This document shows, in pieces, positions 57,287 to 64,000 of a stretch of DNA of 64,000 nt. This DNA is from Planctomycetota bacterium. GTDB taxonomy: Bacteria > Planctomycetota > UBA1135 > UBA2386. Where the stretch lies: NCBI GenBank assembly GCA_947501605.1, contig CANMWZ010000014.1:38521-102520 (forward strand), given 5' to 3'. The notes under the pieces are model-generated. The model was not told the DNA's origin. It ran no database searches and saw nothing but the letters and a program-made list of their open reading frames with translations. How positions within the stretch are numbered: the stretch's first letter is position 1; the number at the start of each line of letters is the position of its first letter. The translations under genes and the position numbers were made by a program.

Positions 57287-58720
57287 TCACTTCTTGTCGC
57301 CGCCGCGCCGCTCCGCGGCCTTCTGGCGCCGATCGAGGAGCTCGATGCTGTAGCCGCCGACCAGCGCACCGTCCTGCTGGTAGAGCCAGTCGCTCAGCTC
57401 CGCAACCTTGCGCACGACGCGGCTCCCGAGCTGCATTCCTTCGACGTCGACGGGTTCGTTGCCGAGCGTGCCGCGCACCTCATCGCCTTCGATCGCGTCG
57501 ACGCTGACCCAGATGTGCTCTTCCGATCCCGCCCGCGTCGCGAACGGGAACTTCACGTGGATCGCGCCGCCGCCGCGGAAGAAGGAACTCGCCCGGTCGA
57601 ACTCCTGCCGCGCCTTCGCGATCGCGGCCTCCATCTCTTCGTCCTTCGTCTCGACCCCGACGACCGCGGGGTTCGCCGCCTGCTTCGACGCCGCGACAGG
57701 ATCCTTGTCGCGCAGTCGCGTGAGCAGAGAGGAATCGGCCGGCACGATCTTGGTGTCCTCGTTCCACACGAGGCCGAGGCAGTCGTCGGTCCACGACGCG
57801 GCGACGATCCGCGCGAGAAGGCGCGAACGATTCTGTTCGTACTCGCCACCCGCCGGGCCACGGACCTCGAGGTGGAGCACCGCTCGGTGCGCCGCGAGTG
57901 CCTGCTTCCGGCGCAGGTCGCCTTCCGCATCCGGATCGAACTCGAGCGGATCGCGCGGCGACATCGTGACGACGAGACCGTCGTGCGAGACCGCTGCATG
58001 TTCGCCCACCACGGCAACCGCGCTGGTCTCGAACGCGTTCCCGAACTCGCGCTGGCACGCGGCCTCGAGGAGGTCTTTGTCCGCCACGAACGGCGCGCGC
58101 AGGAGCACGACCATCCTGGTCGCGACACTCGGCGACAGCGCCGCGAGCAGATCGTCGGCCAACAAGGCGTAGCGGATGGACTCGCTCGCTTCGAAGAACA
58201 GTCCGTTCTCGGCGCAACCGATACCGACGACGTCGTCGCTCCACGCGAGGAAGGCGATGCGCGCGAGTTCGGCGTAGCAGCGCGCACGCTCGGCAGGCTC
58301 CGAAGGGTTCGTCGCCGCGGCTACGATCACGTGCGCCGTGTGCGCGCGCAGGGTCGCCAGAACCTCGACGTCGTCGACATTCGAAAGGGCGCGTTCGTCG
58401 AGCTCGACGGGCGCGTCGATGTGCCGAACGGCCCACGCGACGCCGTCGCCACTGCCGCTTCCGTCCGGGGCGATCCAGGAGCCGCGAGGATTGGACGTGG
58501 CTGCCGTCGTGACGATCCGGCCGAGCCGCCGGCGCATCGCGCGCCGCAGCGCATTCGCATCGAGCGGCGCATGCCCGCGGCAGAGCAACGTGAGCGATGG
58601 CGGCGCGAGCATCGGCGAAGTTCCGGACGCAGATGGGGCCCCTGCCTGCGCGGTCGAAACGGCGAGCAACGAGGTCAGCACCACGGACTGCACGAGCCAC
58701 GACGGAACCTTCAGGCGCAT
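57287..58720 (-). CDS. Secreted protein with two internal repeats and C-terminal DUF2314 (YegJ-like) domain
   Basis: Signal peptide; DEEMEAAIAKAR, VKFPF...EHIWV, G.LGNEP and SDW...GGYS motifs. Confidence 0.8.
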   Translation of the reverse strand: MRLKVPSWLVQSVVLTSLLAVSTAQAGAPSASGTSPMLAPPSLTLLCRGHAPLDANALRRAMRRRLGRIVTTAATSNPRGSWIAPDGSGSGDGVAWAVRHIDAPVELDERALSNVDDVEVLATLRAHTAHVIVAAATNPSEPAERARCYAELARIAFLAWSDDVVGIGCAENGLFFEASESIRYALLADDLLAALSPSVATRMVVLLRAPFVADKDLLEAACQREFGNAFETSAVAVVGEHAAVSHDGLVVTMSPRDPLEFDPDAEGDLRRKQALAAHRAVLHLEVRGPAGGEYEQNRSRLLARIVAASWTDDCLGLVWNEDTKIVPADSSLLTRLRDKDPVAASKQAANPAVVGVETKDEEMEAAIAKARQEFDRASSFFRGGGAIHVKFPFATRAGSEEHIWVSVDAIEGDEVRGTLGNEPVDVEGMQLGSRVVRKVAELSDWLYQQDGALVGGYSIELLDRRQKAAERRGGDKK

Positions 58721-58792
58721 TCGCGCAGGATGCCGCTGCGATGCGCACGAGGAAAGCCCTGCGCGCGCCTCTTGCGTATGCTCCAGCGCCGC

Positions 58793-59218
58793 ATGACTCC
58801 GCCGCTGCATCGAAAGACGCCGATCGTCCTGTTCGACGGCGTCTGCAACCTGTGCAACGGCGCCGTGCAGTGGATCGTGAAGCGCGACCAGAAGGCTGTC
58901 TTCTGCTTCGCCTCGCTGCAGTCCGAAGCAGCGCAGGAAGCGCTCCGCGCAGTCGGGCACACCACACCGCTGCCCGACAGCCTCGTGCTCATCGCCGACG
59001 GCACGGTCTCGGTTCGCACCGCCGCAGTGCTCGGCATCGCGCGGCGGCTTCCGTTCCCGTGGTCGCTCGCGGTGGTCTTCTTCGTGATCCCGCCCTTCCT
59101 GCGCGACCCGATCTACTCGTGGATCGCGAGGAACCGGTATCGCTGGTTCGGCAAGCGCGAGACCTGCATGGTGCCGACCAAGGAGCTGCGCGCGAAATTC
59201 CTCGATCGCGCGAAGTGA
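58793..59218 (+). CDS. DCC1-like thiol-disulfide oxidoreductase (DUF393)
   Basis: FDGVCNLC, FASLQS and Y.WIARNRYRWFGK..C motifs. Confidence 0.92.
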   Translation: MTPPLHRKTPIVLFDGVCNLCNGAVQWIVKRDQKAVFCFASLQSEAAQEALRAVGHTTPLPDSLVLIADGTVSVRTAAVLGIARRLPFPWSLAVVFFVIPPFLRDPIYSWIARNRYRWFGKRETCMVPTKELRAKFLDRAK

Positions 59219-59243
59219 GTCATCGCGCCGAGCTGACCTCTCG

Positions 59244-60431
59244 TCACGGAAGGTCGGTGCCCTGCCGCAGATGTTCGAGGTAGGCCCAGTAGCCGAACGT
59301 CTGGTCGCGCTTCTTGCCGCTCGTCTCGCGGAGGATGCCACATTCGATCAACGTCGCGATGGCCTTGGTCGCCGTCGGTCGAGTTGTCCCCGTCGCGCGC
59401 ATGCACCAAGCCACGGTCACGACAGGGTGCATCGGCAGCAGTTCGAAGATGCGCATCGCAGCGAGCGAACTTCGCCGTGCTGCGAGCACGGTCTGCCGAT
59501 CCCTTGTGATCAGGGCGAACAATTCGCAGGCCGTGTCCGCGGACTCGACCGCCGTCGCCTCGACGCCGTCGAAGAAGAATCGCAGCCAACCTTCCCAATC
59601 GCCCTGAATGCGCACCGCAGTGAGTCGATCGTAGTACTCGGTGCGGCGCTGCTTGAAGTAGAGCGACAGGTAGCACAACGGCTGCGACAGGAGCCCGAAG
59701 TGCTCGAGCAACAGAGTCACGAGCAGGCGCCCGATGCGGCCATTGCCGTCGAGGTAGGGATGGATCGTCTCGAACTGCACGTGCAGCAGTCCGACGCGCA
59801 GCAGCGGATGCAGGTCGTCCTTCGCGTGGAGGAACCGCTCGAAGTCCGAGAGCAACTGAGGCAGTTCCTCAGGCGGTGGCGGTACGAAGAACGCGTTGCC
59901 GGGCCGTGTGCCGCCGATCCAGTTCTGGCTCCTGCGCACCTCCCCTGGCTGCTTGTCAGCGCCGCGAACCCCGCGCATGAGTCTCGCGTGCACCTCGTTC
60001 AGGAGACGCATCGAGACCGGCAACCCGGTGCCCGCGACCAGCTGGCCGCGCGCGTACTGAAGACCTTCGAGGTAGTTGCAGACCTCCTCGAGGTCGAGGT
60101 CCGGCTGCGCCTCGCCGGTCTCGAACGACTCGAGTTCGAAGAGGTCGACCAGCGTCGCTTCGGTGCCTTCGATCTGAGAGGAGAGAACGGCCTCCTTGCG
60201 GACGAAGCCGTAGAGGAACCAGTCGAGCGACGGCACCATGGCCGAGGCGAGTTCGAGCCGATCCAACGCCGCCTCGGCCGCGGCCAAGCGACGGGAAAGG
60301 TCCGCACCCAATTCGAGCGGTGGCTCGGTAGGCGGAAGCGGCAGCGGGATGAAGGCCTGGTAGCCCTCTCCCGCCACCCGGACCGTGGCAATTTTCCCAG
60401 TCTGGCGGCGCATTGGCATCGCCGAGTGCAT
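59244..60431 (-). CDS. Fic family protein (class II) with C-terminal HTH
   Basis: HPYLDGNGRIGR catalytic motif and N-terminal SSQIEGT inhibitory motif. Start could be 60419 or 60413. Confidence 0.92.
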   Translation of the reverse strand: MHSAMPMRRQTGKIATVRVAGEGYQAFIPLPLPPTEPPLELGADLSRRLAAAEAALDRLELASAMVPSLDWFLYGFVRKEAVLSSQIEGTEATLVDLFELESFETGEAQPDLDLEEVCNYLEGLQYARGQLVAGTGLPVSMRLLNEVHARLMRGVRGADKQPGEVRRSQNWIGGTRPGNAFFVPPPPEELPQLLSDFERFLHAKDDLHPLLRVGLLHVQFETIHPYLDGNGRIGRLLVTLLLEHFGLLSQPLCYLSLYFKQRRTEYYDRLTAVRIQGDWEGWLRFFFDGVEATAVESADTACELFALITRDRQTVLAARRSSLAAMRIFELLPMHPVVTVAWCMRATGTTRPTATKAIATLIECGILRETSGKKRDQTFGYWAYLEHLRQGTDLP

Positions 60432-60443
60432 CGGCGCACCTGG

Positions 60444-60498
60444 GATAGTAAAGAAAACTTTCTTAGCGGGGGCAGCTAAGAAAGAAATCTTTCTTAGC
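60444..60498. promoter_or_regulatory. Two tandem palindromic operator-like sites upstream of the Fic gene
   Basis: GATAGTAAAG-AAAA-CTTTCTTAGC and perfect GCTAAGAAAG-AAAT-CTTTCTTAGC, 31-bp period. Confidence 0.7.
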
Positions 60499-60500
60499 GG

Positions 60501-62437
60501 TCAGGCGGCGTCCGGGGTCTGGATCCGCGGCGCCGGGGCCGGCTCGGCGTCGGGCAATCGCCAGGCGCGCGTCGGCTCGAACCACTCGCAGAGAAGCGCC
60601 CCGAGCAGGCCGGTCAGTGCCACCGCGACGGACCAGAACCGCAGCGCGCGCGCGTCGGCGCCGGCGCGACGCAGACGGCGGCGCGAGCCGAGCGCGAGCC
60701 CGATGCTGGTCGCGCAGCCAGCGAGCACCAGCCATGTGCGGTGGCCACCGGCGACCACCGGATCGACGAAGGGCGACAGCGACAGCGGCTCATCCGGCGC
60801 GAAGACGTGGGCGCACAACTGCAGCACGGGCGAATGCAGCAGCGACGGCAGCACCGCAGTGGCATAGCCAAGCTTCTCCATCGCGGTTTGCGGCGTGTAC
60901 GCGTGCTCGAACAGGACCTTGCCCTCGAGCCCCACGACTCGCAGCGTCGGAGCCAGCACGTCGACCACCACGTCCTCGATCTCTGGCCTCGAGATTGCAT
61001 CCCGCCGGACTCTCTGCGCGGACTCTCGCTTTGCGACCGCAGCGACCGCGCTCGGTGCGGCCACGACCAGCCCGTCGGGGCCGAACGCATAGCTGCCTCG
61101 TTCCCCACGCACGAGCCAGGTCGGTTCGCGGAAGCTCGCGAGCGCCATCGGATCGTCGCGCTCCTGCTCGACGATGTCGACGACGCGATCGCCGTCGGGC
61201 AGGCGCACTGCGCGGATCTCGTTCTTGATCGGCTCGAACCGGAACAGTTCGTCGGCCCCTGGCTCCACCGCCCAGATGACGGACTGCAGGGTCGGGGCCG
61301 CGCGCGACACAGTTCCGTTGGTGCCGACCGCGACGAGGCGTAAGCCATCGCGGAAGGGAGTTTCCGCATCGCCGCGGCCGAACACGAAGTAGCGCTGCGT
61401 GTAGTCAACGGCGTTGCGCAGGAGGCAGTTCGCGAGGCCGCGCCGATCGACCCGCAACCCGCCCCAGAGGCGCGGCCCGAAGCTCGGCGGGTCGATCTCC
61501 GGATCGCGGAACGCACGGCGGTGAGGCCAGAACGGATAATCCGCGACCTCGCCGTTGCTCCGCACCACACCGGTGCGTTGGTGGGAATGGTCGACGACGT
61601 GGAAGCGAGTGGATGATCCTTGCGACCGGGCCTCAAGAGACAAGAGCTCGTAGCGATCCCCAACTTGGCAGATCGGAGGGTAGGTGCTCAAGAAGCTGCG
61701 CAGGAGGCCGGTGGCGAACCACGCCATGAGCAGAGTCCCGCCGGCGAGGCCGGCGGCCAGCACGAGCGCGGTCGCCCAGCGCGGCACGCGACGCGTCCAG
61801 CTGCGATCCGGGTCGCGTTCGACGCCGGCGAACGCGATCGACAACAGCGCGAACAGGACGGCGAACGCGAGGTGCGCGAACGCGAAGACCGTGGGCTCGT
61901 GGAACTCGTTGGTGAGGGCGAGCTGATCGCACGCTGGGAAGATGACGAACAGCAGTGCCGCGGCGACGAAGGCCTGCGTCCACCACGCGATCGGCAATCG
62001 GGCACAGAACATGGCCAGTGCCGCAGCACTCGCGGCCGGTGCCATCGACGCGAACACGAGCGGATAACGGCTCAGCTGCCCGGCGCTCACGAGGCTGCCG
62101 CCTATGAGTTCCACCAACCAGGAGCCGATGGGCGATAGCACCCACCAAGCCGCGAGCACGAGCACCGTCGTCAGGAGCCGACCCGCCTGCAGCGCCGCCG
62201 GCGACATCGGACGGTGTCGGATGTAGTCCCGCACGCCGTTCATGCGGTCGCGCACGGCCACGATCGTGCCGAGCACGAGGCCCGCCACCCACGCGGTGTA
62301 GAAGGTCGCTTCTAGGTAGGAGGGCTCGAACACCCACACGTTGTCGAAGTGATCCTGCGACAGCGCGATCGTCAGAGCAACGGTCCCCAACAGTGTCAGC
62401 AGCGCAGCGAACGACAGATCTCTCTTCAGCAGGGCAC

Positions 62438-62441
<4 letters not shown>
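60501..62441 (-). CDS. ABC-type permease-like membrane protein with large soluble domain
   Basis: MSALLKRDL start and YIRHRPMS motif; multiple TM helices; GTGA-coupled to the ATPase. Confidence 0.72.
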
Positions 62442-63369
<928 letters not shown>

Positions 63370-63373
<4 letters not shown>

Positions 63374-63774
63374 TGGGTCTCCTTCTCGTTCTTGTCGAAC
63401 TGCACTTGGTCTAGGCTCTGCTCCATCGCCGCGCGCACATCCTCTGCGGTGAAGCCGAGGTGGAACGCATCGGTCGCCGCGCGCCGCAGTAGGTCCTGGA
63501 GCTGGCGCCGCCGCTGCGCGAGCCCGAGCTCGCTGCCGCGGTCGGTCAGGAAGCAGCCGGAGCCCTGCCGCCGAACCACCACACCGTCGCGCTCGAGCTG
63601 TTCGTAGGCGCGGACGACGGTGTTCGGGTTGATCGCGAGGTCGCGCGCCAGCTCACGGACGGACGGCAGCTTCTCCCCTGGGGACGCGGTGCCGCGAGCG
63701 AGGGCGGCCTTCACAGCGAAGACGATCTGTTCGAAGATCGGTTCGGCGGAACGGGGATCGAGGCGGATCAACAC
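63370..63774 (-). CDS. GntR family regulator, YtrA subfamily
   Basis: PIFEQI, LPSVRELA..L.INPNTV.RAY..LE motif; short C-terminal domain; heads the ABC operon. Confidence 0.93.
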
Positions 63775-63791
63775 GGGTCAGGCTCTGTATC

Positions 63792-63818
63792 GACTGTTCT
63801 AGTTCCCATAGCACAGTC
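63792..63818. promoter_or_regulatory. Palindromic operator for the YtrA-type regulator
   Basis: GACTGTTCTA-GTTCCCA-TAGCACAGTC (10-bp arms, one mismatch) just upstream of the start. Confidence 0.65.
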
Positions 63819-63851
63819 AGTCAAGCCACCGCCGCAGAAAGCGCCGCCGAA

Positions 63852-64000
63852 TCAGCGGAAGGGGATCGCCACGAACACGTCCGGCTGGCAGAAGCAGAGG
63901 TCGACCTCGACGAACACCGGGGTGAACCCCTCGGCCCAGACCTCGAGCACGACTGTCGCCTCGTCCTCGAACTGCCGCGGCCACACCACCGCCCGCCCGA
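63852..64000 (-). CDS. 3' end of a hypothetical CDS entering from the right edge
   Basis: Open frame ...VVWPRQFEDEATVVLEVWAEGFTPVFVEVDLCFCQPDVFVAIPFR*. Confidence 0.5.
   Translation of the reverse strand, partial: GRAVVWPRQFEDEATVVLEVWAEGFTPVFVEVDLCFCQPDVFVAIPFR

Noticed and set aside
57287..59341. 684-aa minus and 567-aa plus ORFs as long overlapping genes
   Set aside because: The real genes are the divergent pair starting at 58720 (-) and 58793 (+); the extensions are each other's antisense frames.
55078..60431. recD2 plus Fic as a mobile element or defence island
   Set aside because: No integrase, transposase, tRNA or att-like repeats; RecD2 has the ordinary chromosomal architecture next to rpsU.

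Overview
High-GC bacterial chromosomal segment of about 55 CDS, mostly housekeeping and cell-envelope genes. The gene style (secreted proteins ending in a 'Q-A..D...N..G...SN' domain, carboxypeptidase-regulatory-like proteins, ECF sigma/membrane-protein pair, HDOD, FHA, sulfotransferase) suggests a Planctomycetota lineage; this is inference. Recognisable genes: a class I aminotransferase, hppA, rsfS, tdh-kbl, a type II methionine aminopeptidase, Leu/Phe/Val dehydrogenase, trxB, tandem-domain thyX, an RluA/RluD synthase, rpsU, recD2, a Fic protein and a YtrA/GntR-ABC operon. Dispersed glycan genes are also present: five full GT4s, one GT2, one GT-C, a flippase and a sulfotransferase. I saw no rRNA, tRNA, CRISPR array, integrase or transposase. 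Most notable observations: (1) a YhaM-type OB fold fused to a DEDDy 3'-5' exonuclease, convergent with a SAMHD1-like HD protein that lies behind an intrinsic terminator and candidate sRNA; (2) an archaeal/eukaryotic-type MetAP; (3) a shared ~100-aa putative sorting domain on three secreted proteins; (4) window-wide C-rich, Shine-Dalgarno-less start contexts together with a C-terminally extended bS21; (5) an ECF sigma lacking most of region 2; (6) tandem palindromic operators before the Fic gene. All family calls come from motif recognition by eye; no searches were run.
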